Shown: positions 41,188-54,761 of the stretch, one piece after another | How positions within the stretch are numbered: the first letter of the stretch is position 1 | Layout: each line of letters opens with the position of its first letter | From: Octopus vulgaris | Lineage: Eukaryota | Direction of reading: 5' to 3' | DNA length: 64,000 bases | Assembly: GCA_951406725.2 (NCBI GenBank) | Contig: OX597821.1 | Location: 5,580,001 to 5,644,000 of the forward strand | The notes under the pieces: generated by a model | What the model was told of the DNA's origin: nothing | Databases searched by the model: none | Seen by the model: only the letters and a program-made list of their open reading frames with translations | Program-made: the position numbers and the translations under genes

Positions 41188-41683
41188 TAATCAAAAGGGG
41201 TAATAATATAGATTGTTGTTACCAGTGACCTAGCACAAAAGACGAATTAGTCATTAGACAAAATATCATACATATAGAAAAATATTATTCATATAGAAAT
41301 ATAATTAAGGGCTCCTAAATAAGGAAGCCTAGTGCTGGGGACACAAAAAGGGATAAATTCATCGAGAGTGAAAATCAAAAACATTTACCATTAACGATAT
41401 ATCCCGGACTGATCAGTTTCTACCTCTTTCTAGCAAAACAGACAGAATATGTTTGCTAAGGCCGGATTCATCAGCGGGACGCCTTTGTTAATTCTAGATG
41501 CACAAAGCGTTAGACCATGCGTCGATCTAAACATTTTGTAAATCTTAACTTTTCAAACCTCTGCGCAGACGCAAAAAATACCGGCGATATAGGGCATGCC
41601 GGTAAAAAAATTTACGAACAAATCTATCAGGTAATATGTGAATATAATCAAAAATGGTAATAACATAGATTGTTGTTACCAAT
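41188..41683 (-). mobile_element. Penelope pLTR-like unit (~457 bp) with terminal direct repeat
   Basis: AATCAAAA..GGTAATAA.ATAGATTGTTGTTACCA at ~41189 and ~41647; hammerhead inside; (TA)n flanks. Confidence 0.65.
41401..41480 (-). ncRNA. Type I hammerhead ribozyme, canonical core
   Basis: Minus strand: GUCCCG CUGAUGA [extended stem II including UAGCAAA/UUUGCUA, imperfect base] GAA ACUGAUCAGU (10-nt palindrome) C CGGGAU. Confidence 0.7.
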
Positions 41684-41756
41684 ATAAAGAGTATATATTT
41701 ATATACTTAAATATAAAGAGTATATATTTATATGTAACCATCTGTATATATATATA

Positions 41757-41814
<58 letters not shown>

Positions 41815-41833
41815 TGGTTACATATAAATATAT

Positions 41834-42054
41834 ACTCTTTACTCATTACTTTTTTACTTGTTTCAGTCATTTGACTGCGGTCATGCTGGAGCACCGCCTT
41901 TAATCGAGCAACTCGACCCCGGGACTTATTCTTTTGTAAGCCCAGTACTTATTCTATCGGTCTCTTTTGCCGAACCGCTAAGTAACGGGGACATATACAC
42001 ACCAGCATCGGTTATCAAGCAATGCTAGGGGGACAAACACAGACACACAAACAT

Positions 42055-42123
<69 letters not shown>

Positions 42124-42287
42124 TACGACGGGCTTCTTTCAGTTTCCGTCTAGCAAATACACTCACAAGGCTTTGGTCGGCCCGAGGCTATAGGAGAAGA
42201 CACTTGCCCAAGATGCCACGCAGTGGGACTGAACCCGAAAGCATGTGGTTGGTAAACAAGCTACTTACCACACAGCCACTCTTGCGC
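41834..42287 (-). mobile_element. SINE family A, full length
   Basis: Reverse-complement consensus match with internal (TA)n. Confidence 0.92.
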
Positions 42288-42549
42288 ATATATATCATAT
42301 ATGTATATATATCTAATATATACATATATATATGTACATACATCATATTTTGTGTATATACATATACACACACATACACACAAATATATATGTATATACG
42401 TTATATATTCGTGTATATATGTGTGCGTCTGTATATATTTATATGTGTGTATGTGTGTATTCGTATATACATATACACTTGCATTATATAACATATATAT
42501 ATATGCGTGTGAATACTAATGTGCATCATACGTATATGCATCGAATAAC

Positions 42550-42588
<39 letters not shown>

Positions 42589-42698
42589 ATATAGTGCATA
42601 TATATGTATATATATATCAATGTATGTATAAATATATGTGCGTATATATACATAAATATGTCACAGTAATACTCGTGTATATGCTCGCATACGTCTCC

Positions 42699-42764
<66 letters not shown>

Positions 42765-43677
42765 TATGCATATATATATATATATATATACATAAATGCA
42801 TATATGCATATATATATACCTTATATACATATGCACACATAACTCATCTTCTACACCACACCACCACCACATACTAATACCATACCTGATTATCTGTCAA
42901 CCATTGCTAATATTGTGTAGCGCTTCATACTTACTAAATTGATCCACGATAAACGCCAACAAGAAAAAAATTATAGAAGCGTTAATGAAAACCCGTCTGT
43001 ATGATCTGTAATTTGATTGGATGATTTTGTTGTAAATTGCTTAATTTTATGAAAGGTGTTTCTGACTATCAGATGAAATGAAGTTAGACGCATGTATGTT
43101 ATATATATATTTGCTAGAGTAATAGATCTGTGATATGGTATCCGAAAATATTATTGCTTATTTTTCTACAGTCTTACTAGTTTTGCGATCAACTGAAATG
43201 ACTGCTTTTCGAATTAGTCTGTAAAGCGGTTGAGTATTTCATAGATAAGTGTCACACTTAGCTAGAAACGGAAAAATTCAATAAAGTATTCCCGGTGATT
43301 TCGTACGGGCTACATTAGCCAGAAATATTTCCGATAGGGAAGAGAAACGCCACCCGGAGATCAGGGCCAGCCAAAATATCATAGATAGGTAGATTGATGA
43401 ACTAACATGTGACTGAGTAATCCAAACACACACCCGTGTATTCTCAATGAAATCCTCAGATGGTATCAGCGTAACACTGGGTGACATGACATGACCCAAT
43501 ACTTCAATTACACGTATGAGCCAACCGACGGGGAATCAATGCGTTTTCTGTGTGCTTAATCTAAAAACACTAAATGCACTTTTCAGGCTATCCTTTCTTT
43601 TTTTTCATTTATATATGTATGTATGTAGGTAGGTATGTAGGTATGTATGTATGTATGTATGTATGAATGTATGTATG

Positions 43678-43728
<51 letters not shown>

Positions 43729-44551
43729 TTAGACATACATATTACAAAATTAATGTGAACACATACATACACACGTATATGTATATACATTAACATACAT
43801 ATGTGTAAGAGTATATGTATATATATATACATAAATATTTTTAAGAGATATATGTAGAGAAGGCATTATGTATATATGCATGTGTGTGTGCATGTATTTG
43901 TGCATATATGTATGTATGCATGTATAGATATGTATGTATGCATATACGTATGTATGTATTCGATCAATAGAACCATTATCTATATAATGTGAATGATGCT
44001 CCACCTTTTTCCGTGATAATCGTGCAGAGTACAAGAAATATATTCTAGGCGATATCGATCTAGGGTCACAACTCTTTTCTATGATTAGACTTGTCTCATG
44101 CACATACACACATATAAACACACCAACACACACATGCACACACACTCACACACACATATATATATACGTATGTAATGCTTATCTTAATTAAGTGATGAAG
44201 ACAACTTTTCACCCAAGAGAGGGTTCAATATATTGGAATGTAGAGTTCAATTTCTTCTCTTAATAGACACTGCCTCAACGATTGTACAAATGTTTCGATA
44301 TCGATTGGCCAGCTCTTCCTCAGAAACTAAAAGTAGAATTAGGAAAATAAGGGAACAACACTGAGTGACTCGGTGTGGATTAGCTTTGCTATAACGAAAG
44401 GCTGGGGCTTTCATCTTTGTTGTAGATCAAATTCTTATAGTACCACCAATAATGGTAGGCGCTTAAAACGCCTTAAGATACAAATGCTGAAAATCTGCAT
44501 TCACATTCATATATATATATATAAGTTTCAACGAATCTGTATATATATATG

Positions 44552-44729
<178 letters not shown>

Positions 44730-44732
44730 TGA

Positions 44733-45024
44733 GGCGCAATGGCCCAGTGGTTAGGGCAGCGGACTCGCGGTGGGAGGATCGCGGTTTCGATTCCCAGACC
44801 GGGCGTTGTGTGTGTTTATTGAGCGAAAAAACCTAAAAGCTCCACGAGGCTCCGGCACGAGGTGGTGATCCCTGCTGTACTCTTTCACCACTCTTTCTCT
44901 CATTCTTTCTTCTGTTGCCCTGCTCGCTTAGCCAGCGGGGTGGCGTCATTCGAAGGCTAAAACAATGCGAGCGCATTATTACCAGCGATGTGTAACAACA
45001 TCTGATGGCCTGGTCGGTCACGTG
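44733..45024 (+). mobile_element. tRNA-derived SINE (family C-related), young-looking copy
   Basis: GGCGCAATGGCCCAGTGGTTAGGGCAGCGGACTCGCGG..GGATCGCGGTTTCGATTCCC head; related to 47772-48079. Confidence 0.8.
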
Positions 45025-45215
45025 ATATATATATATATATATATACAGCCTTGGTTTTTTATCCCATTATGAAAAAAAAATTATATAAACAGGCTGACAT
45101 ATAACCAACGTCGAACCCCGTATTCGCATAATCACCGAACCTGGGACTATCTATAGCACTTATTCTGCATTACCTGACACCTTTGAGTTTCAATGACACT
45201 ATTACCTCTCATAAA

Positions 45216-45286
<71 letters not shown>

Positions 45287-45394
45287 GTATATATAATTAA
45301 AGTCAACATGAGGGTGAAAAAATTGGATATTAATTTAATAACATCAATTTAAACACCAGTGGTCTTATATATATATTAAATTTTCTTTCTTTTC

Positions 45395-45528
45395 TTTTTC
45401 TAGTTTCAGTCATTTGACTGCGGCCATGCTGGAGCACCGCCTTTAGTCGAGCAAATCGACCCCGGGACTTATTCTTTTTAAGCCCATTCTACTTATTCTA
45501 TCGGTCTCTTTTTGCCGAACCGCTAAGT
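45395..45528 (-). mobile_element. SINE family A 3' fragment
   Basis: Reverse-complement tail and body. Confidence 0.8.
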
Positions 45529-45666
45529 ATATATCACACAAAAGTAATAATTATTATTAAAATTTTAATTAAGAGTATCTAAGAGATACCACCATGCTTG
45601 ACTCTAAAACCACATTAAATTTTCATACAGCACCAGGTGGCATTTCTTAGACACCCATAATTATAA

Positions 45667-45724
<58 letters not shown>

Positions 45725-45756
45725 AGTTAAACGCAGCTGTTATGCAAATTCTTTTA

Positions 45757-45844
45757 CTTCCGACACATATTTCGAAGACAGCATTGGTATTATTCCAGAA
45801 GGAATAAATTAGTGTAAAACAATGCAGTCTTCTCATCAAGGAAA
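45757..45844 (-). ncRNA. Type I hammerhead with long stem II and U3.G8 core
   Basis: Minus strand: UUUCC UUGAUGA GAAGAC-u-GCAUUG...UUAUUCC-uucu-GGAAUAA...CAAUGC-u-GUCUUC GAA AUAUGUGU C GGAAG. Confidence 0.7.
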
Positions 45845-46251
45845 GAAAGAAACAAACCAATCGCATCAAGAAGACATTTTAACAGAATGTGATGGCTGCG
45901 TATATGATGAAGGGAACGCTCTCAAGTTTTCTTTTAAACTGTTATTTTAACGTCAAAGGCAGTTTATAGAAAGAGAAGGAGGAGAAAAAAAGAAATTAGG
46001 AGAAAACTAATTGCGGAGAGATATAGAGCGATAAGTGAATTAGAATAAAGCTTAAACGCATGGAAGTGAATTTACGAAGACAGCCAAAGGACGAATTTTA
46101 TAGAATGGTAGAAATCACTTATAGGAATCAAAGGTATGTTTCTGCCAATGTTTGCAATGATAAGCACGTTCTATAAACGTGTTTGCAAGGGGATTCTTTG
46201 AGAATAATACATATACGCAGATACACACAGATAGATAAATAATACATATAT

Positions 46252-46416
46252 GGCGCAGGAGTGGCTGTGTGGTAAGTAGCTTGCTAACTAACCACATGGT
46301 TCCGAGTTCAGTCCCACTGCGTGGCACCTTGGGCAAGTGTCTTCTACTATAGCCTCGGGCCGACCAAAGCCTTGTGAGTGGATTTGGTAGATGGATACTG
46401 AAAGAAGCCCGTCGTA

Positions 46417-46464
<48 letters not shown>

Positions 46465-46499
46465 TGTGTGTGTATGTTTGTGTGTCTCTGTTTGCCCCC
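46252..46499 (+). mobile_element. SINE family A 5' part
   Basis: Consensus head and internal (TA)n. Confidence 0.88.
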
Positions 46500-46784
46500 T
46501 CGTCTCTTAAATATAGAACTATAATAAGTCTTGTAAGCATAGAATAAGAAGTCACCAGCCTATGTTATACATCTTATCTTCATCTAAAAGTGAGGAATTT
46601 TAAAACTGTTTCACTCCCTATGATATTTACTGTCTTTTTCCATATTCGTATGTCTCAGATTTCTTTCTATCTCCACGGTGTTCTTTAATATTGATCTCGT
46701 TTACATCTATTGAATCTTCATCTAGTTGCACGCTATACCGATCGTAACAATTTCTTTTATTATGCGCTTACTTTCAATTCTCGA

Positions 46785-46881
<97 letters not shown>

Positions 46882-47059
46882 TGTATGTATGTATGTATGT
46901 ATGTATGTATGTATGTATGTATGTATGCATGAGTATGTATGTATGTCTACAGGAGAATTTAGAAGTCCTTTTAGCATTTAAATGACATATAACATATGAA
47001 TTATTTTCTGACAATTTCCTATTACGGTGTGAATATCTTCTTCCTTCTTAACAGTATAC

Positions 47060-47432
47060 TTCCGAGTTCAGTCCCACTGCGTGGGACTTTGGGCAAGTGC
47101 CTTCTGCAATAGCTTCGAGCCGACCAAAGCTTTATGATTGGATTTGGTTGACGGAAACTGAAAGAAGCCCATCGCATATCCACATATATAAGTATATATA
47201 TATCTATGTATGTGTGCCTTTGCACCTGTGTTTACCCCCACCCCACTATCTTTTGATAATCGGTGCTGGTGTGTTTGCGTCCCGTAAGCTAGCGGTCCGG
47301 TAAATGAAACCGATAGAATAAGTAGTAGGCTTACAAAAGTAATAAGTCCCGGAGTCGATTTCTTCGACTAAAACCTTTTAAGGCGTTGTTCCAGCACCGC
47401 CGCAATCAAATGTCTGAAAGAAGTAAAAGATA
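47060..47432 (+). mobile_element. SINE family A, diverged, 5'-truncated
   Basis: Body and tail match. Confidence 0.8.
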
Positions 47433-47451
47433 ATACATACATACTCTAATG

Positions 47452-47739
47452 GGCCAGAAAACACTGGCCCTCCGTCGGTTTCGACGATGGGTGTTGAAGT
47501 TGATCTGATCAACGGAACAGCCAGCTCGTGAAATTAACATGCAAGTTGCTGAGCATGTTAATGTTAGTGTGACAAGGCTGACCCTTTGAATTACAGGTAC
47601 TACTCCTTTTTGCCAGCTGAGTGGACTGCAGTAACGAGAAATAAAGTGTCTTGCTCAAGGATACAACGCGTCGCCGGGAATTGAACTCACGACCTTGCGA
47701 CCGTGAGCCGAATACCCTAACACTAAACCATGCACCTTC
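47452..47739 (-). mobile_element. tRNA-derived SINE family C
   Basis: Reverse complement ATGGTTTAGTGTTAGGGTATTCGGCTCACGGTCG..GTGAGTTCAATTCCC..CCTTGAGCAAGACACTTTATTTC; homologous to 57770-58070. Confidence 0.75.
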
Positions 47740-47771
47740 AGGAGACAATAAGTAATGCAATTTTCATTTGC

Positions 47772-48079
47772 ATTTGTTGTTTGTTCCCTCTCGAGCCACG
47801 CCTGGCTCATAAGGGCCGGTTTCCCGGTTTCCTTGGTGTATAGGTTCCCCACCTGGACGGGACGTCGGTCCGTCGCAGGTGAGCTGCAAGATGCAGGAGG
47901 AAAGAGTGAGAGAAATTTGTGGCAAAAAAGTCAGCAGAAGTTCGCCATTACCTTCTGCGGAGCTGTGTGGAGCTTAGGTGTTTCGCTCATAAACACACAC
48001 ATCGCCCGGTCTGAGATTCGAACCCGCGATCCCTCGACCGCGAGTCCGCTACTCTAACCACAAGGCCATGTGCCTCCAC
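47772..48079 (-). mobile_element. tRNA-derived SINE (family C-related)
   Basis: Reverse-complement head TGGCCTTGTGGTTAGAGTAGCGGACTCGCGGTCGAGGGATCGCGGGTTCGAATCTC; different tail from the 44733 copy. Confidence 0.8.
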
Positions 48080-48772
48080 TTCATTTGCATTACAGAGCTC
48101 AAATTTTAATTTTTTTTACTCTACACTCGTCCCTTCCATCACCCTTCTCCCCCACGCCTTTTTCTCACTTGTAACACGACTAAAGCTACCCAAACTCCCA
48201 CAGCCACTCTTTCACGATAATATACTCCTGTAGTTGTGCGCTGACCAAGCCACAAGAAACCAAATGCACCCACACCATCACACACATACACACCTCCTCC
48301 TTACCATCTCTATGCACAGATACTCTCTTATATATATGCATGCATCATCCCCTCCACCCTTCACGCTAACTCTTCCTATAGAACTGCATTCCCACATGAC
48401 CTCTAACCCCTTTCTCTTTATACCTTCCACCTTTACTTATTTTCTTGATGAAGGAATACTGTCCAAAATATCAAGACACTTTTCCTTTTTTGCCCCTAAA
48501 CTATTTACTATATTTGTTAAAATTTGTTCCTCTCGTGTCATAATTTCAGGCTCCTTGTTTGTACGTGTGTGTGCGTCTTTGTGTCTGTGAATGCGTATAT
48601 AAGTATATAGGAGTATTTTGAGTTCTATTTTTAGCAAAACAATGTAGTACCCTGGTATATATAAATATATTTATATATCTTATATACAATTATTAATTTT
48701 GCCTATACGGCTTTTACGCTCGCAGCCACTAAAGTTATTATTTTTAGGAATAATAATGTTCTCTTATATATC

Positions 48773-48834
<62 letters not shown>

Positions 48835-49275
48835 TATGTAAATGTATGTATTATTCGATATACTGAGACACGTGGCGGCAAAACAGTTGAGTCTTTTGAA
48901 CATCTGACAAAATTACCTTGCAGTAGATGTTCCGGTGCTCTGCACGCCACTTTCAAATGTCACAGAAATCGATTCCACCTTTCATCCTTTCAGGGTTGAT
49001 AAATATGTACTAGTCCTGTACTAAGAGTCGAATATACCCTTATCCTCTGCCATTTAATTGTTTCATTCACTGGACTGTAGTCAGGCGGAACAAAACTTTC
49101 AAGTGCTTCAGTCGAAAGAATTGACACCAGTATTTCTTTTAAAAGACGTACAAGCGATGGCGGATACAAACACAGACTTAAAGACATGCACACTTACAGA
49201 CAGACAGACAGACAAACAGATAGACAGACATATAAGTGTATGTGTATATATATTTATATATGCATATACATATAT

Positions 49276-49488
49276 GGGTGGGGTGCTGAAACGTTTCTGG
49301 TTTTGAGTAAAAAATATACATGAGGATCAGTTAATTATAGTTTCATTCAACATATTCCTCCCTCAGATTCACACACTTATTGTAGTGGTCCTTCAGTTTT
49401 TCTAAGCCCTATAAAAGAACTCGAACGTTTGGGCCTCCAGCCACGCCATTCGCGATATCATTAAAGCCAGCAGCTTCAGCACCACCTG
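49276..49488 (-). mobile_element. Internally deleted mariner element retaining the transposase C-terminus
   Basis: Degenerate TIRs GGGGTGCTGAAACGTTTCTGGTTTT / AAAGCCAGCAGCTTCAGCACCACC; minus strand WLEAQTFEFFYR/GLEKLKDHYNKCVNLREEYVE* (mariner GI.KL..RW.KC....G.YVE-like). Confidence 0.7.
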
Positions 49489-50058
49489 ACCACAGCCTTC
49501 AACATGTGTAGACGGCTTGCTGTTCTTTTCTTAAGCTGTCGTTCTCACGCGTTCAAAATAATTTTTCCTTCGTTCGACTTAATAGCCCTTACCGTTTGTA
49601 TTACTGTTATTCTACTTGTCCTGTCTTTTACTGTTTTTATTTGTATTTTTACTGTCTTGTACTGTTTTTACTGTCCTGTTTTTGTTACCACGTTTACACC
49701 TCCGCAAAAAATCTCAAATTTTATATAATTTGCTTTGCGAGAAGGACCGTTTCACCGAAGTCGTGTCTCGCCTTTAATTTGAAACACGGAGTAGACGAAG
49801 CGGAGGCGGCTGAAGAAGGGGAATTTTCCTTGTGTTGTATGTCTTGTACCCTGTTTTTTCGTTGTTTAAAAAAATGTCCGTTTCCATGGTTCTGTTTTCA
49901 TGTTTTCATTTCTCATTGTGTTCGACGTTTATTTGGTGTCCTGTACCTATATATGCATGTATATATACATATAGATGTAGGTACGTACATATATGTATGT
50001 ATATATGCATATGTTTTATTTATTATTTTGTTATATGATGGAACGCCACGCATCCACT

Positions 50059-50089
<31 letters not shown>

Positions 50090-50412
50090 CAACAATCTTC
50101 TACACAGTTTTCGCTAACTAAATTCATTCGCAAAGCATTGGTAGAGCCTGGGCTATAGTAGAAAACAAATGGTCATAGTTCCGCGTAGTAGGATGGAACC
50201 CCAAACCATTTTGTTGCAACGTAAGCTTCTCAACTACACAACATGTCGGCGCCTGTTTCGTTTTCTCGAAGAAATTGGCTATATTTAGACCTGGCAAAAT
50301 GTGGAGGGGTCTACCAGGGCCAAAATAGTCCAAGATATGTGGTATCTTATAACACCATACTTACGACTTTGTCAAAAGCTGAGGAACCTAAAGCGAAACA
50401 AGGCATGCAGAG

Positions 50413-50459
<47 letters not shown>

Positions 50460-51157
50460 TGTGTGTGTGTGTCTGTGTGTGTGTCTGTGTACTTGTGAGG
50501 GTTCATGTGTGACTGACGGTTCACCTCTATTCGTGCTTGTATGAGTGAAGATATGCAAGTATGTGTAAGAGTATGGGTATGATCGAGTGTTCATCTCTGT
50601 TCATTCATGAATGTGTACAAGTGTTCATATGTGACATGTGTGTGTGTACCTTTGTTCATGTATCTATGTACGTGTGCATGTGTGTATGGGGTTAGTACTG
50701 CGTCGTATTTACATTTATAGTCTTACACTCCGACGTACGAACTCACACATAAACACACGCACACCAACACGTACATTCATTTATTTCGTGTCGAAACAAT
50801 GTGATTAATTTTTGTGATTGACTGAAGTTCTTTGATTATTGCATTTCGTCGATCGATCATGCAAGAAAACAATTTTCGTTGGAATCACTATTCGAACAGG
50901 TGATAATACAGCAGGTGTTATATATACATCAATTGTTGTTTGGAATGGTTTCTGGCTACAGGCAGCTTTCAGATTATAAAACATTGACATATGAAGATGG
51001 CTGGTTCAGCTGGCGAGACGTGTGAACGAGTGAATAGATGAATGAGGGAATGAGAGAACGTGTGAATGAGTGAGAGAATGAATGACTGAGCGAGCATTCA
51101 CTGAGAATAGAAAATGCAGATAGACCGATAGATAAATAGATAGGTATATACACACAC

Positions 51158-51205
<48 letters not shown>

Positions 51206-51220
51206 CACACACACACACAC

Positions 51221-51278
<58 letters not shown>

Positions 51279-51379
51279 TTCCATTTCCTGAGCGCCTATT
51301 AATAATAATACTGTAATTGTTCCATTGTTGTTGTTTTTTTGTTTTCCCATTTGGATTAAAATTATATATATATATATAT

Positions 51380-51614
51380 ACTCTTTTGCTCTTTTACTTT
51401 TTTACTTGTTTCAGTCATCTGACTGCGACCATGCTGGAGCACCGCCTTTTAATCGAGCAACTCGACCCCGGGACTTATTCTTTTGTAAGCCCAGTACTTA
51501 TTCTATCGGTCTCTTTTGCCGAACCGCTAAGTAACGGAGACATAAACACACCAGCATCGGTTGTCAAGCAATGCTAGGGGGGACAAACACATACACACAA
51601 CACACACACACACA

Positions 51615-51662
<48 letters not shown>

Positions 51663-51827
51663 CACGACGGGCTTCTTTCAGTTTCCGTCTACCAAATCCA
51701 CTCACAAAGCTTTGGTCGGCCCGAGGCTATAGCAGAAGACATTTGCCCAAGGTGCCCCGCAGTGGGACTGAATCCGGGACCATTTGGTTGGTAAACAAGC
51801 TACTGACCACACAGCCACTCCTGCGTC
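51380..51827 (-). mobile_element. SINE family A, full length
   Basis: Reverse-complement consensus match. Confidence 0.9.
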
Positions 51828-51843
51828 TATATATATATATATA

Positions 51844-51969
51844 CGAGGGGTGTATGAAAAGTTTTGAGCCTCAAAAAAAAAACAACACATGGTACAATAC
51901 TTCTGATGAAGGTACAAGACTTCCAGACTCAAAGGCCTTGAAGGCCCAAACCTTTTCATACACTCCTCG
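51844..51969. mobile_element. 126-bp mariner-type MITE with TA flanks
   Basis: TA|CGAGGGGTGTATGAAAAGTTTTGAGCCT ... AGGCCCAAACCTTTTCATACACTCCTCG|TA; 28-bp TIR with 3 mismatches. Confidence 0.8.
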
Positions 51970-52041
51970 TATATTATTTTATATATATATAAATACACAC
52001 ACACACACACACACACACACTCAAATATATATATATATATA

Positions 52042-52240
52042 AGCGTAGGAGTGGCTGTGTGTTAAGTAGCTTGCTTACGAACGACATGGTTCTGGGTTCA
52101 GTCCTACTGCGTGGCACCTTGGGCAAGTATCTTTTACTATAGCTTCGGCCTGACCAAACCTTGTGAGTAGATTTGATAGACGGAAACTGAAAGAAGCCCG
52201 GCGTATATATGTATGTGTGTGTGTGTGTGCGTGTGTGTTT
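52042..52240 (+). mobile_element. SINE family A 5' half
   Basis: Head match; ends in the internal microsatellite. Confidence 0.85.
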
Positions 52241-52780
52241 CGATACTGTGCTTAAACACGTATTTTCTTCACTATATTGAGAGATTTTAACAGTTAGACA
52301 GACGCACAAACAGATGGTGCACATTTTTACGTTTAACTCAATGCAAAGACACACAGACGAACACATTAATAATTATACTCTTGGGCACACGCCAGCACTC
52401 ATTACATGTATGTCAGTCAATCATACATCACATTTATGAATATCAATCATTCACACACACACACACACACACACATATACAGCTCTACATACATTCAGAA
52501 ACTCACTTACACATACGGATACATCCCTCAGAGCTCAAAGATTCACTCACACAGACATATACAGAGATCACATCACTACTTCCACCATGGAGTACACGCA
52601 CGCACGCACAGAAGTACACCCACAGACACACTCACACAGGCCTATGGCGTGTGCTGACGTGTGCCCACGAGTATAATTATTAATGGGTGCGTCTGTATGT
52701 CTTTGCTTCAGTATAACTGTTAAAATCTCTCGACATAGCGAAACCCAAATGTAATTCTCCCAGATTAAAACCTTATTATC

Positions 52781-52874
52781 CCACCTGAAGAGTCACCTAT
52801 GCACTGTACATTGCATCTGGTGTTTTTGCATCGTTTCACGGCCGTGCATCTTGAAGATGAAACTGATGTTGTGG
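52781..52874 (+). ncRNA. Type I hammerhead motif, canonical core, long stem II insertion
   Basis: CCAC CUGAAGA GUC..AUGCAC...GUGCAU..GAU GAA ACugauGU U GUGG, followed by (TA)n. Confidence 0.55.
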
Positions 52875-53089
52875 TAATATATATATATATTTTTTGTTGG
52901 TACATTCCGACTTCTATTTTTTTCTTTAACATACACCCAACGTCCATCCTAGAATTCCTGGAATTATTACAACGATGTTTTCTAAGTAACACTGATAATG
53001 CCTGGTAGCCATAAGGAGTGAACATGCTCCGCAGACACACGACTTTGAACTTATCCTGAAATAAGGTTTCCATACAGTGTTTAACACGT

Positions 53090-54096
53090 ATTTTCTTGAC
53101 CCTGCTGACATCACGAAAAAATTCGTTTGGTATTTGTGTGCATTCTTATTCAATGGCTGCTCTCAAATTAGTGACTGTTGCTGGTTTCATAGTGTAGATT
53201 TTGTCTTTTAGGTATCCCCATAAAAAAGCCTCCTAGTGGTGTGAGGTCTGGTGAACGCGGAGGTTATTTAGCGAAACCCCTTCGTCTAATCCACCTGTTT
53301 GGCAGAATCTCATCAAGGAAGGATCTAACATAGCAATGGTGGTGTTGGGGTGCCCCATCTTGCTGAAAATAAAACTCCTGGTCTTCAAAGTCTTCTCTAA
53401 TGCTTGGCATGACAAACTGTTGCAGCAAGTTCAAGTAAACGGGACCAGTCACAGTAACATCATAAAAGAATGGTCCAATTAATCCTCTCGATGATAAGCC
53501 ACACCACGCTGTAACTCCTGGTAAATTAACATGGTGTTCCACCATAACATGCGGATTCTCAGATCACCAGGAGGTGCAATTGTGGTGGTTAATTGAATCA
53601 TTTAATTTCAATGTAGCCTCATCACTCCACACAGACTTTGTTGGAAAGTGTGCATCTTCTGCACATCGTGCCAAGTACCGCCCCCAATACTGCACTCTTC
53701 GGTCTGGACCATCGTCATTAATACCATGGACTAATCTTGGAACGTAACTTTTCCATTGACAACGCTTCAAAATACATTGGACAGATGATTTTGGAACACC
53801 TACCTAATGACTTGCTTGCTGCACAGATTTTCTTGGACTTTGGTGATAAATTTCCAGCACTCCTTCTTGATTTGTTGGGGTTGTTGATGTTTGTGGTCTT
53901 CTGGAATGCTTCTTCTGGACTTTCTGAACAGTTCCATCGGTTTCAAACTTATCTTTAATTCGAGTGATGGTGAGTCGCATTGGCAGATCTGTTTGAAACT
54001 CCCTCCTAAACTGTCTTTGCACTTCAACTATGTTTTCACACTTCCAGTAGCATTTTAGAATGATTTCCTTTGCTCAAAGCTTAGTCTGATTGCCAT
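53090..54096 (-). pseudogene. Tc1/mariner-superfamily (DDxD, maT-like) transposase pseudogene
   Basis: N-terminal VQRQFRREFQTD..TITRIKDKFETDGTV helix-turn-helix region; catalytic motifs [45 protein letters not shown]; multiple frameshifts; TIRs not seen. Confidence 0.85.
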
Positions 54097-54158
54097 CATT
54101 AATTCCAATCGGTTTCATCTAAAAAGTAAAATCATCAATTGAGTTATTAGCTGCTAAA

Positions 54159-54217
<59 letters not shown>

Positions 54218-54312
54218 CTACTGTTCCGTGAAGTTAATATCAACCAAAAAAAGGACTCCATCTGATGAGAGATAAACAGTATTTAATAGACACAGTATAT
54301 ATTTTTATGACC

Positions 54313-54484
54313 TATTATTAGTTTCATGCGACGAAAATAACTCAGGCAGTATTTTATAACACACTTGGTGCCTTCCCGTAATTTGTAGGCTTTGCCCACA
54401 TGGCTTAAGGAGCTAAAACAGGACGAGAGAATCAGAGAGAAAAAATGGTATCTGAGTTGTTTTTATCGCATGAAACTATTAGTA
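54313..54484. repeat. ~40-bp imperfect inverted repeat
   Basis: TAGTTTCATGCGACGAAAATAACTCAG versus CTGAGTTGTTTTTATCGCATGAAACTA. Confidence 0.7.
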
Positions 54485-54715
54485 CCTTATCAGTTTTAGA
54501 TATTAGTATAAATTGGTGGTTTTACTAAGTTATATGGCTTGTGTGAATGGTTGTGACTGTGTATACATTAATTCACATATACATACACACACGCGTGCGC
54601 GCGCACGCATACACATACTCACATGATATATATATTATATGTGTGTGCACAATACACACACCAACATACATACATACATACAGACAGACAGGCAGACAGA
54701 CAGACAGACAGACAG

Positions 54716-54761
<46 letters not shown>

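Noticed and set aside
44733-44808. tRNA gene
   Set aside because: A and B boxes are present but there is no proper acceptor stem, and it continues into a SINE body shared with other copies. The same holds for the heads at 613, 1302, 48079 and 55973.
48443-48476. TCTTGATGAAGGA(atactg)TCCAAAATATCAAGA hammerhead
   Set aside because: Needs a 2-nt core deletion and G12>A to fit; probable CpG-decayed remnant, not callable as a ribozyme.
49808-49850. CTGAAGAAGGGG hammerhead start
   Set aside because: No downstream GAAA-stem III-stem I found, although the region may be a pLTR-like repeat.
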